Notes: generated from the sequence alone by a model not told the origin. 64,000 bases of DNA from an uncultured Verrucomicrobiae bacterium (GCA_963726745.1 CAVSDR010000003.1:160001-224000); one strand, 5' to 3'; positions 19,532 through 28,666 are shown, counted from the first letter of the stretch. Numbers and translations are program-made.

Positions 19532-22500
19532 ATCCTCCCCCGGGTCAAAGCGCTGGTCCTGCTTGCGAGCTGCCTTCTCGCGAGCGCGCCGTTTTCCCTC
19601 CGGGCCGATCCGCCGCCCGGCTATTACGACAGCGCGCAAGGCCTCTCCGGCGGCGCGCTCAAAGCCGCGCTGCACGAGCGAATCAAGGGCCAGACCGTCA
19701 TCCCTTACGTGAGCATTCTCGATCCGTTGCGCGTGCTCTACGAGGACCCGGCCGATCCGCACAACATCCTCCTCGTCTATTCGCAGACGAGCGTGAGCAA
19801 AAGCTCCTCCTCTTGGAATCGCGAGCATCTTTGGCCGCGCGCGCGCGGTGATTCCGACCAGGCCGGACCCGACGATAGCGACCTTTTCCACGTCGTCCCG
19901 GCCGACACCTCGGTGAACAACGTTCGCGGCAATCTCTACTTCGACGAGAGCAATCCGAACGATCCCGGCTACGTCATCCCAGCCGCGCCGCTCGCGCCGC
20001 AGACCAGCCGCGACAGCGATTCCTGGCAGCCCGCGCCGAGCGAGCGCGGCGACATCGCGCGCGCGCTTTTCTACATGGAAGTGCGCTACGACGGGACCGA
20101 GCCGAACACGACCGACATGGAGCTGGTCTCGTATCCACCGAGCGGCTCGCAGATGGCGAACCTGAACACGCTCCTCCTTTGGAATGAACAAGACCCGCCA
20201 GACGACGCCGAGCGTCGGCGGAACGACCTCATCTTTTCCGACTACCAGCACAATCGCAATCCGTTCATCGATCACCCGGAATGGGTCCAGGCCATCTGGG
20301 GCGTAGGCACGCCGAACGGCACCGGCACCCAGCCGATCGCGCAGGTGACCGCGCTCTCCGCTTCGGCCACGGAATTGCCGACGACTTCAGCGAACGTGCA
20401 GATCTCGCTCAATCAATTTGCCGGCAGCAGCGGCGTGACCGTTTTCTTCACCGTCAGCGGCACCGCGACCGCGGGCGCGGATTACAACCTCACCGGCCAG
20501 AACGTGAACTTCGATCCCGCGTCCGGCAGCGGGAGCTGTTTCATCCCGGCGAATTACAACAGCGCCGTGCTCACGCTCGTGCCCGTGGCTGACGGCATCG
20601 CGGAACCGGCGGAAAGCGCCACCATCACGCTCGCCTCGGGGATGAATTACACGATTGTCCCTGGCGCCGCGGCCACGGTTACGATCACCGACACGCCAGC
20701 GCTTCCGGCCTCGTGGAACTTCGACGCTGTGCCATACCCGAATCCCTTGCCGGCCACTTCCGGCTTTGGCTCGATCTCGTTCAGCGGCTGGGGCGGCACG
20801 GTGACGAACTTCTCCGGCACCTCGGGCAATGCGCTCGCGCTCGTCGGCCCTGGCGGGAACAACACCTTCATTGATTTCCGCTTTTCCATGCAGGGCTTCA
20901 TAAGCCTGCACATTGCCTTCGCCACCCGCGGGACCGCCAGCGGTTACGACACCGGCCGCTGGTCCTTCAGCGTCGACGGCGCGAATTTCACCACCCTGGC
21001 AAACATCAACACCGCCAGCCGCAGCGCCACTTTCGTGCAGCGCGCGGTCGACTTCTCCGCCTACAGCGAGCTGGATAATGCACCCAATGTCACCCTGCGT
21101 TACACCCTCAGCGGCGCCACCGGGAGCGCGGGCAACAATCGCATCGACGACTTCAGCATCACTGCCACCTCCGCCGCTACCGGCGATCAATTGCGCACCG
21201 TGCAAATCGCCGCCTCCGACGCCAGCGCCTCGGAAACCGGCGACCCTGGCGTCTTTGCCATCCGGATCAATGGCGTGGCCAATCCCGGCGGCCTCGCCGT
21301 TGGCTTTACCCTTTCCGGCAGCGCGACCGCACCCGGCCTCGCGAATGCCGATTACGAATTAGACGGCGCCTTCACCTACGACCCGGCGACGCGCAAAGGC
21401 ACGATCGTGATTCCGGAAGGCGCGGGCACGGCGCTTCTCCGCATTCTCCCGATTGCCGACACTTTCGTCGAGGGCACGGAGACGATTGTCTGCACGATCG
21501 ACCCGCGGCCGGGCGATTACCTCGTGGGCGCGGTCTCGAGCGCACTCATCAACCTGTTCGAGCCCCCGCCTAACGACCAGTTTGCCAGCGCGCTCACCGT
21601 GCCCGCCGGCGGCGGCGGCCTGAGCGGAAACAATCTCGAGGCCAGCGCGGAAGCGGGCGAGCCTCTCCACGCCGGTTACGCCGGCGGCCGCTCGGTCTGG
21701 TGGAATTGGACCGCGCCGAGCAGCGGCAGCGTGACCATTTCCACCGCCGGGAGCAGCTTCGACACGCTCCTCGCGGTCTACACCGGCGACGCGGTCAACG
21801 CGCTCACCGTCGTCGCGAGCGATACCAACAGCGGTGGCCAGCTCACCAGCGCGGTCCGTTTCGCAACCGTCGCCGGGACCACTTACCGGATCGCGGTCGA
21901 CGGCTACGGCGGCGCCACGGGCAACATCAACCTCACCGTGACCCCAAGCGCCAACGCGCCGATTCGCCCAGCGAACGACAATTTTGCCAGCAACATCGTG
22001 CTCACCGGCAACACCCCCTCCACCAGCGCGAGCAACGACTACGCGACCAAGGAAGCGAGCGAGCCGAACCACGCCGCCATCGCCGGCGGCAAATCCGTTT
22101 GGTGGCGCTGGACCGCGCTCTATTCCGGCAGCACCGTCGTCTCCACTTCCGGGAGCAACTTCGACACGCTCCTTGCGGTCTACACCGGCCCGGGCCTTGG
22201 CAGTCTCGCGCTCGTCGCGAGCAATAACGATTACAGCGGCACCACCAGTCGCGTGACCTTCAACGCCGTCGCCGGCACCACTTACTTCCTCGCGGTCGAT
22301 GGGAATTACGCCTCTTCCGGCACGGTCGCGCTCAGCGTCACCGGGTTCGCGCCGCCGCCGCCTAACGACAACTTCGTCAACGGCCTCGTCCTCACCGGGA
22401 CCAATCCCTCCGCCAGCGGCACCAACGCCGGCGCGACCAAGGAAACCGGCGAGCCGAACCACGCGAACAACAGCGGCGGTAAATCCGTTTGGTGGCGCTG

Positions 22501-23941
22501 GACCGCGCCCGCCAGCGGCACCTTCTCCATCACCACCGCGGGGAGTAACTTCGACACCACGCTCGGCGTTTACACCGGCAGCGCGGTCAACGCCCTCACC
22601 CTCATCGGCGGCGACGACGACAGCGGCCCCGGCGTCACCAGTCTGGTCACTTTCAACGCCACCGCCGGGGTCACTTACCAGATCGCGGTCGATGGCTACA
22701 GCGGCGCGTCCGGCAGCATCTCGCTGGCTCTTTCGCCGCCGGTCGCACCGCCCGCGAACGACAACTTTGCCAGCGCCTTCACCCTCACCGGCGACGCTCC
22801 GAGCACCAGCGGCACGAATTTGAGCGCCACCCGGGAACCCGGCGAGCCGAACCACGCGGGCGACCCCGGCGGGCACTCCGTCTGGTGGCGCTGGACCTCC
22901 ACGCGGACCGGCTACGTCTCCGTCTCCACCGCCGGGAGTAACTTCGACACGCTCCTCGCGGTCTACACCGGAAGCGCAGTCAACGCCCTCACCCTCGTGG
23001 CCGCGAACGACCAGGCAAACGACACCGACCAAAGCCAGCTCGTCTTCGCCGCTACCGCCGGGGTGGAGTATTTCCTCGCGGTCGATGGCTGGGCCGGCGG
23101 CCAGGGGAACGTCGCCCTTGCGCTCAATGGTCCGCTGCCGCCGCCGCAGGTCACCCTCTTCACCCTCGACGATTCCGCGGCCGAGCGCCCGCTCGATTCC
23201 GCCCGCTTCTACCTCTCGTTAGCCGACGCCCAGCCGCAGCCGGTCACGGTCGGCTTCACCGTCGGCGGCAGCGCTACCCCCGGGGTCGATTACACTCTCG
23301 ACGCGCCGCTGAGCGGCAATACCGGGAGCGTGACTTTCGCCCCTAACGAGACCATCAAGATGGTCACGCTCACCCCGTTGCCGGATGGCGACTTCACCGA
23401 GTTCGACGAAACCATCGTGCCCGCGCTCGTCGGCGGGAGCGGTTACGTCGTCGGCAATCCCGCCACCGGCGCGGTCATCACCCTGCACGACGACACCCCT
23501 TACAACGCCGCCTGGGCCCAGCTCTTCGCCCCCGCTTTCACCGGCCTCGCGACCCATCCGCTGGCTGATTTCTCCGGCAACGGCGTGGCCAACCTCCTCG
23601 TCTTCGCCTTCAACGGCGACCCGCGTTCCGCCAGCTTGCTCGACCTTAGCGGCCAGCCGCTTCTCCCTGTTGCCGGCACCGCCCTCCTGCCCGATCCCGC
23701 CGATGGCAATCTGCTCAAGCCCTACGCCACCCTCACTTTCAACCGCCGCACCGACGCCCCGCAGCTCTCTTACCTGGTGGAAACAGCCGACAACCTCACC
23801 GGCCCGTGGAGCACCGACGCCGTCCTGGCGAGCGTCACCACCACCGGTCTCCCGCCCGGCATCGAGCGCGTCACCTACCGCGCCGCGCAGCCCTTGCCCG
23901 CGCCCCGCAAATTCCTGCGCGTCCGCCTCACCGCGCCGTAG
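19532..23941 (+). CDS. large secreted endonuclease I family protein with Calx-beta-like domains, four ~130-aa beta-sandwich repeats and a C-terminal putative sorting domain
   Basis: WNREHLWP, DLFHVVPAD..NNVRGN, RGDIARALFYM, RNPFIDHPEW; signal-peptide-like stretch in frame upstream of the ORF-track start 19709; true start uncertain. Confidence 0.85.
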   Translation: MLPRVKALVLLASCLLASAPFSLRADPPPGYYDSAQGLSGGALKAALHERIKGQTVIPYVSILDPLRVLYEDPADPHNILLVYSQTSVSKSSSSWNREHLWPRARGDSDQAGPDDSDLFHVVPADTSVNNVRGNLYFDESNPNDPGYVIPAAPLAPQTSRDSDSWQPAPSERGDIARALFYMEVRYDGTEPNTTDMELVSYPPSGSQMANLNTLLLWNEQDPPDDAERRRNDLIFSDYQHNRNPFIDHPEWVQAIWGVGTPNGTGTQPIAQVTALSASATELPTTSANVQISLNQFAGSSGVTVFFTVSGTATAGADYNLTGQNVNFDPASGSGSCFIPANYNSAVLTLVPVADGIAEPAESATITLASGMNYTIVPGAAATVTITDTPALPASWNFDAVPYPNPLPATSGFGSISFSGWGGTVTNFSGTSGNALALVGPGGNNTFIDFRFSMQGFISLHIAFATRGTASGYDTGRWSFSVDGANFTTLANINTASRSATFVQRAVDFSAYSELDNAPNVTLRYTLSGATGSAGNNRIDDFSITATSAATGDQLRTVQIAASDASASETGDPGVFAIRINGVANPGGLAVGFTLSGSATAPGLANADYELDGAFTYDPATRKGTIVIPEGAGTALLRILPIADTFVEGTETIVCTIDPRPGDYLVGAVSSALINLFEPPPNDQFASALTVPAGGGGLSGNNLEASAEAGEPLHAGYAGGRSVWWNWTAPSSGSVTISTAGSSFDTLLAVYTGDAVNALTVVASDTNSGGQLTSAVRFATVAGTTYRIAVDGYGGATGNINLTVTPSANAPIRPANDNFASNIVLTGNTPSTSASNDYATKEASEPNHAAIAGGKSVWWRWTALYSGSTVVSTSGSNFDTLLAVYTGPGLGSLALVASNNDYSGTTSRVTFNAVAGTTYFLAVDGNYASSGTVALSVTGFAPPPPNDNFVNGLVLTGTNPSASGTNAGATKETGEPNHANNSGGKSVWWRWTAPASGTFSITTAGSNFDTTLGVYTGSAVNALTLIGGDDDSGPGVTSLVTFNATAGVTYQIAVDGYSGASGSISLALSPPVAPPANDNFASAFTLTGDAPSTSGTNLSATREPGEPNHAGDPGGHSVWWRWTSTRTGYVSVSTAGSNFDTLLAVYTGSAVNALTLVAANDQANDTDQSQLVFAATAGVEYFLAVDGWAGGQGNVALALNGPLPPPQVTLFTLDDSAAERPLDSARFYLSLADAQPQPVTVGFTVGGSATPGVDYTLDAPLSGNTGSVTFAPNETIKMVTLTPLPDGDFTEFDETIVPALVGGSGYVVGNPATGAVITLHDDTPYNAAWAQLFAPAFTGLATHPLADFSGNGVANLLVFAFNGDPRSASLLDLSGQPLLPVAGTALLPDPADGNLLKPYATLTFNRRTDAPQLSYLVETADNLTGPWSTDAVLASVTTTGLPPGIERVTYRAAQPLPAPRKFLRVRLTAP
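21566..23130 (+). repeat. four intragenic ~395-bp repeats (PPND.F...GEP.HA..GG.SVWW.WT...S.FDT.L.VYTG...Y..AVDG)
   Basis: Copies begin near 21566, 21967, 22358 and 22750; visible at DNA and protein level. Confidence 0.9.
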
Positions 23942-23981
23942 CGTTCGACGTTCGACGTCGCCTCCTCCCCTCGTTGATCCA

Positions 23982-24078
23982 TTGAACGTTGGAAGTTGAA
24001 CGTTGAACGTTCTGCCCCTCTCTTCCGATCGCTCTCCCGAGCGCTCACGAGCACGATCAGGAGCAAGAGCACGAGTAA
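23982..24078. repeat. intergenic heptamer (TTGAACG-type x4) plus hexamer (GAGCAC-type x5) simple repeats
   Basis: TTGAACG TTGGAAG TTGAACG TTGAACG; GAGCAC GATCAG GAGCAA GAGCAC GAGTAA. Confidence 0.75.
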
Positions 24079-24083
24079 ACCAG

Positions 24084-24815
24084 ATGCACCGCTTCCACCT
24101 TCCGCCTAACGACTGGTCCGCCACCCCGCTCCGTCTCCGCGGCCCCGAGGCGCGCCACGCCCGCACCGTCCTCCGCCTCGAGCCCGGCGCGAAGCTGGTC
24201 CTCTTCGACGGCCACGGCCGCGAAGCCACCGCCGAGATCACCGCCACGGAAAACCGCGAAATTAGCCTGCGCCTTCTGCACGAGACCCGCACCCCGCCGC
24301 TCCGCTGCCGCATCACCCTCGGCCAGGCCATTCCCAAGGGGAAAAACATGGACTTGATCGTGCAGAAAGCGGTCGAGCTCGGCGCGGCCGCGATCGTTCC
24401 GCTGCTCTCCGATCGCACCATCGTCCGGCTCGACCCGGCCGACGCCGCGGCCAAGCAGGCGAAGTGGCAGCAGATCGCGGTCGAGGCGGCCAAGCAATGC
24501 GGCCAGAATTGGCTCCCGGAAGTGCAGACCCCGCGCAGCCTCGCCGATTTCTTCGGCGCGCGCCCGCGCTTCGACCTCATGCTCATCGGCTCGCTGCAAA
24601 GCGACGCCCGCCACCTCCGGCAAATCCTCGCCGAGACCGCCACCCCGCCCGCCAGCGTCCTCATGCTCGTCGGCCCCGAGGGCGACTTCACCCCCGCCGA
24701 GCTCGGCCTCGCCAAGACCCACGGCTGCCGCCCGATCACCCTCGGCCCCATCATCCTCCGCGTGGAGACCGCCGCGCTCTATTGCCTGAGCGTCCTTTCC
24801 TACGAGCTGCTTTAG
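24084..24815 (+). CDS. rsmE: 16S rRNA m3U1498 methyltransferase
   Basis: HARTVLRL, KAVELG, EAAKQCG, VGPEGDF, LGPIILRVETA. Confidence 0.95.
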   Translation: MHRFHLPPNDWSATPLRLRGPEARHARTVLRLEPGAKLVLFDGHGREATAEITATENREISLRLLHETRTPPLRCRITLGQAIPKGKNMDLIVQKAVELGAAAIVPLLSDRTIVRLDPADAAAKQAKWQQIAVEAAKQCGQNWLPEVQTPRSLADFFGARPRFDLMLIGSLQSDARHLRQILAETATPPASVLMLVGPEGDFTPAELGLAKTHGCRPITLGPIILRVETAALYCLSVLSYELL

Positions 24816-24972
24816 GGGAACCGCCCCGCGGTCCGGCGATGGAAAACGCGTAAGCCGCTGGCGCCCCGCCCCCTCGGTCAGAAAAAAAGTTTCGAATTCT
24901 TCCAAAAAAGGATTGTCAGCCCGCCGACTGCCTGAGAATCTCGCCAGCACCCAGACAAACCTCGGAGAACAA

Positions 24973-25737
24973 ATGATTAAAACTCTATACGCCTCACTCA
25001 CTGCAGCCTTCGCACTTGTCTCGATTGGGACTGCGAGTGCCGTTACCTACACGGAAAATTTTGATAATCTTGCGAGCGGGCTGCCAGCGGGTTGGACCGT
25101 TTCCTCGAACGCCACCGCAACAACCATAGGCAACCAAAATGCGACGTATAACCCGGCGCAGATTCTCTGGAGTTCGACCACGGGCCAGTTCGGGAATTAT
25201 GCATCCGCGACCGGTTTAACTGCTGCTGCGACCGCCGCTGAGCAGAATGCTTCTACAAATCGCGCGCTTGCTGAGCGGCAAACGGGAGCGTTTGGCGATC
25301 CTGGGGTCGCCTTCAACTTCAACTTCAGCACCACGGGTGCAACGGTTTCAGCCCTTTCCATTGACCTGCAGATGTTGAGCGTTCAAACGCGTTCGACCGC
25401 TTTCACGCTGCAGTATGGTGTTGGCCCATCGCCTTCGACTTTTACCACGCTCGGCACCTATAACGACCCGGGAGTGTTCGGGTCGACGAGCTTCGCCTTC
25501 ACAAACGCCGATTTCGGGACGGCCTTGGACAACCAAGCTAATGTCACCTTCCGCATAGTTGCATTAACCGCCTCGGCGGGAAGTGGCAGCCGGGACACGG
25601 TTGGGATCGATAATTTCTCCCTGACCTCCTCCGCTCCGATTACTCCTGTCCAGATTCCCGAGCCTGCGACCTACATGCTTCTGGGCATGGGCGCGCTCGT
25701 TTGTGGGCAGCGCTTCCTCCGCCGCAAGCAGAGCTAA
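24973..25737 (+). CDS. PEP-CTERM sorting-domain surface protein
   Basis: Signal peptide; Thr/Ala/Ser-rich; ends IPEPATYMLLGMGALVCGQRFLRRKQS. Confidence 0.92.
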   Translation: MIKTLYASLTAAFALVSIGTASAVTYTENFDNLASGLPAGWTVSSNATATTIGNQNATYNPAQILWSSTTGQFGNYASATGLTAAATAAEQNASTNRALAERQTGAFGDPGVAFNFNFSTTGATVSALSIDLQMLSVQTRSTAFTLQYGVGPSPSTFTTLGTYNDPGVFGSTSFAFTNADFGTALDNQANVTFRIVALTASAGSGSRDTVGIDNFSLTSSAPITPVQIPEPATYMLLGMGALVCGQRFLRRKQS

Positions 25738-25760
25738 GAAAACGTCGGCTGTTTCTCCGC

Positions 25761-25799
25761 AACGCCTCTCCGGTTCGCCCGGAGAGGCGTTTTGCTTTT
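25761..25799 (+). terminator. rho-independent terminator
   Basis: AACGCCTCTCCGG-TTCGC-CCGGAGAGGCGTT followed by a T-rich tail. Confidence 0.85.
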
Positions 25800-25937
25800 C
25801 GGGGCGACCTTGAGGGGGCGGCGTTCCGTCTCCTCCAAGGTCGCCGGGCTCTCCGCGGGTAGAGCGCCGTTGCGGGACAAACGGGTGCCCCCTTGGCTAA
25901 TTTGCCTGCCATTATGGCCAACTCGTCTGCCGCTTTG

Positions 25938-26357
25938 GCCAACTGATCTGCCGTCTGGGCCAACTGATCTGCCGTCTGGGCCAACTGATCTGCCGTCTGG
26001 GCCAACTGATCTGCCGTCTGGGCCAACTGATCTGCCGTCTGGGCCAACTGATCTGCCGTCTGGGCCAACTGATCTGCCGTCTGGGCCAACTGATCTGCCG
26101 TCTGGGCCAACTGATCTGCCGTCTGGGCCAACTGATCTGCCGTCTGGGCCAACTGATCTGCCGTCTGGGCCAATGATTGCCGTCTGGCCAATGATCTGCC
26201 GTCTGGGCCAAGATGAGTTGCCGTCTGGGCCAAGATGAGTTGCCGTCTGGCGAAGATGAGTTGCCGTCTGGCGAAGATGAGTTGCCGTCTGGCGAAGATG
26301 AGTTGCCGTCTGGGCCAGATGAGTTGCCGTTTGGGCCAGCTGATCTGCCATCTTGGC
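25938..26357. repeat. 21-bp tandem array (GCCAACTGATCTGCCGTCTGG x11 perfect, then about 9 variant units)
   Basis: Perfect units 25938-26168; variants such as GCGAAGATGAGTTGCCGTCTG follow; no spacers. Confidence 0.97.
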
Positions 26358-26578
26358 CAACTCGCTGGCTGTTTTGCCCAGATCGATTCTCAGTCCGGCC
26401 AGTCCGCCGCCTGATTTGGCCAAAGCGCCCGCAGCCTGGCCAACTCGTTGGCTAATTTGGGCAACCTGAGCGATCCCTCGGGCAAAGGAGCCGACGCTTT
26501 GGCAAGGCGATCCCCCTCAATGCGGGGGCAAGCATGCGCGGATTTCGGCGCAGGATAGGCTTGGGTTTGGTTCTGTCG

Positions 26579-26723
26579 CTCTGCGTCCTCCGCGCCTCTG
26601 CGGTGAATTGGCCCGGTGGCCGTTCGCGGGCGGCCAGGGAGCCTTCCGCGTTGAGGCGTTGGAGGTTGAACGTTGGACGTTTCCCACTGCGGAGACATCG
26701 AGGACGAGGACGACGACGAGAGG
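26579..26723. repeat. cluster of simple repeats (CTCYGCG-type x3, TTGRASG heptamers, GAGGAC hexamers)
   Basis: CTCTGCGTCCTCCGCGCCTCTGCGGTGAA; TTGGAGG TTGAACG TTGGACG; GAGGAC GAGGAC GACGAC. Confidence 0.7.
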
Positions 26724-26727
26724 CCCG

Positions 26728-28017
26728 CTACTTCGCCGCGCTCACCCGCCAGATGGTGTTGTTCCCATCCTCGCTAAAAAGGAGCGCGCCGTCCTTCGCC
26801 ACCGTGATCCCAACCGGGCGGCCCCAGACGTTCCCCTCGGGCGTGACGAAACCGGTCACGAAATCCTCGTAGTCGCCGCGCGCTTTCCCGTCTTTCCCGA
26901 AGGGCACACGCACGATCTTGTAGCCGGTGCGGCGCTTTTTATTCCAGGAGCCGTGGAAGGCGGCGAAGAGGTCGCCCCGGTATTCCGCGGGGAATTGCTC
27001 GCCGGTGTAGAAGGTGAGGTTGAGCGACGCGGAATGGCTCTGCACGAGGACGTCGGGGACGATCGTCTTGCTCGCTAATTCCGGCTTCTTCCCTTGGTGC
27101 CGCGGGTCCTGGTGCGCCCCGAGGTAATACCAGGGCCAGCCGTAGAAGCCGCCGGGCTGGACCGAGCTGAGGTAATCCGGCACCAGGCCGTCGCCAAGCT
27201 CATCGCGTTCGTTCACGCTCATCCAGAGCTCGTCGGTGCCGGGGCGGAACTTGATCCCGACCGCATTGCGCACGCCCCAGGCGTAGACTTTTTGCCCGGT
27301 GCCGTCGGGGTTGAACTCGAAGATGCGGGCGCGATCGGCCTCGGCCGCATCGTCGGAGACATTCGAGCGCGAGCCGATGGAGACATACATCTTCTGCCCG
27401 TCGGGCGAGAAGGTCACGTCGCGCGTCCAATGCCCGCCGCCATGAAGCAGGCCACCGGGCGAGAGATGGGCTCCGAGCGTTTCCGCCGGGCCGCGCGCCT
27501 GGAGATCGCCTTTGCGGTAGGGAAAACGGATCACGCCATCGGTATTGGCCACATAGAGCCACTGCGGGTCGGGACCGGGCGGGTAAAAGGCGAGCCCGAA
27601 AGGCTGGTTCAGGCCTTTCTCGACGAAGACTTCGTTCGTCTCCGGTTTGCCATCGCCATCGGCATCGCGGAGGACGCGGATCTGGTTGGCTTTGCTCTCG
27701 GTCACGAAGAGGTCGCCATTCGGCGCGGCCAGGAGATAGCGCGGATTCCGGAAGCCGCTGGCAAAAAGCTCGACCCGGAAACCGGGCGGCACGCGCAGTT
27801 GCGCCCCCTCCGGCCGCGAGACCACGCGGGCGTCATTCGAGACCGACTCCGTCGCATAGGGCGCCGGCAAATCCGCCACCGTCAGCCGATGGCGCACGCC
27901 CGGCGCATCCTGCGTCCAATCCGCCGCGACCGCCGCCTTGCCGGAGATCAGCGGCCCGTCCGCCGCCCCAGCCGAAGACGCGAACGCGAAGACCAAAAGC
28001 AGCGAGAAGCAGCGCAT
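26728..28017 (-). CDS. PQQ-dependent glucose/sorbosone dehydrogenase family protein
   Basis: Signal peptide; GHWTRD, GVRNAVG, NERDELGD..VPDY, YGWPW, FHGSWN, GRPVG. Confidence 0.9.
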   Translation of the reverse strand: MRCFSLLLVFAFASSAGAADGPLISGKAAVAADWTQDAPGVRHRLTVADLPAPYATESVSNDARVVSRPEGAQLRVPPGFRVELFASGFRNPRYLLAAPNGDLFVTESKANQIRVLRDADGDGKPETNEVFVEKGLNQPFGLAFYPPGPDPQWLYVANTDGVIRFPYRKGDLQARGPAETLGAHLSPGGLLHGGGHWTRDVTFSPDGQKMYVSIGSRSNVSDDAAEADRARIFEFNPDGTGQKVYAWGVRNAVGIKFRPGTDELWMSVNERDELGDGLVPDYLSSVQPGGFYGWPWYYLGAHQDPRHQGKKPELASKTIVPDVLVQSHSASLNLTFYTGEQFPAEYRGDLFAAFHGSWNKKRRTGYKIVRVPFGKDGKARGDYEDFVTGFVTPEGNVWGRPVGITVAKDGALLFSEDGNNTIWRVSAAK

Positions 28018-28054
28018 CCCAAAAAATAGACAGCAGGCTCCGGAAGAGAAATTC

Positions 28055-28223
28055 AATTTGGAAACCAGGAAGGAGAAGGAATCAGGAATTGAGGAAAGCA
28101 GGAAAGAGAAGACGGAGAAATTTGAAAATTAGAAAACCAGAAAAAGGGACGAGATCGGGAAGTGAGGAGGCAGAAAAATCCATTCCGCTGCCTCCTCCTT
28201 TGTGGCTTCCTGGTTTCCAAATT
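28055..28223. repeat. 169-bp intergenic element bounded by a perfect 18-bp inverted repeat
   Basis: AATTTGGAAACCAGGAAG (28055-28072) ... CTTCCTGGTTTCCAAATT (28206-28223). Confidence 0.8.
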
Positions 28224-28328
28224 CCCTTCCTTCCCGCTTTCTCACCGGTAATTTCCTGTCACCATCTGGCTCCGGTTCCGAATTCTTTCGCCAGGAAAAC
28301 GGTCGGCGCTCGCCCGGCCGTTCTCAGA

Positions 28329-28568
28329 GATGCTTTGCTGTCCGCCGCCCGCGTGGCTCGCCGCTGGGGTTAAAGATCTTCTTCGGCCTGCTGCTGGTGC
28401 TTGTCCTCTTTGCCGGGCGTTTACATCGTGCGGAATCGCGCGCGTTTTTTCCACCACCGCGCGGACGCAGGCGACAGCTACGCCTCAGCCAATTTGCGCA
28501 TGTGGATGATCATCCTCGTCTGGATCCACGCAGTCGTGATCCTGACCCTGATGATCTTCGAAACCTGA
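28329..28568 (+). CDS. small two-TM membrane protein (frameshifted; start uncertain)
   Basis: [23 protein letters not shown]...[27 protein letters not shown] after a +1 shift at ~28415. Confidence 0.5.
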
Positions 28569-28666
28569 GCCGCCACGCCCGGGCCGGCGGCCGCCAGCTT
28601 GCGTTTGCAATTTTGCCGGAGCCGCAGGAAGGTGTGCGCCCCGCAGCCCGAGATAACTTTCATCCC

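Noticed and set aside
25938..26330. Neisseria DUS core (GCCGTCTG) inside the 21-bp unit
   Set aside because: It lacks the AA ending and I saw it essentially only within the array; treated as coincidence.
25938..26357. CRISPR array
   Set aside because: Units are head-to-tail with no unique spacers, and there are no cas genes.
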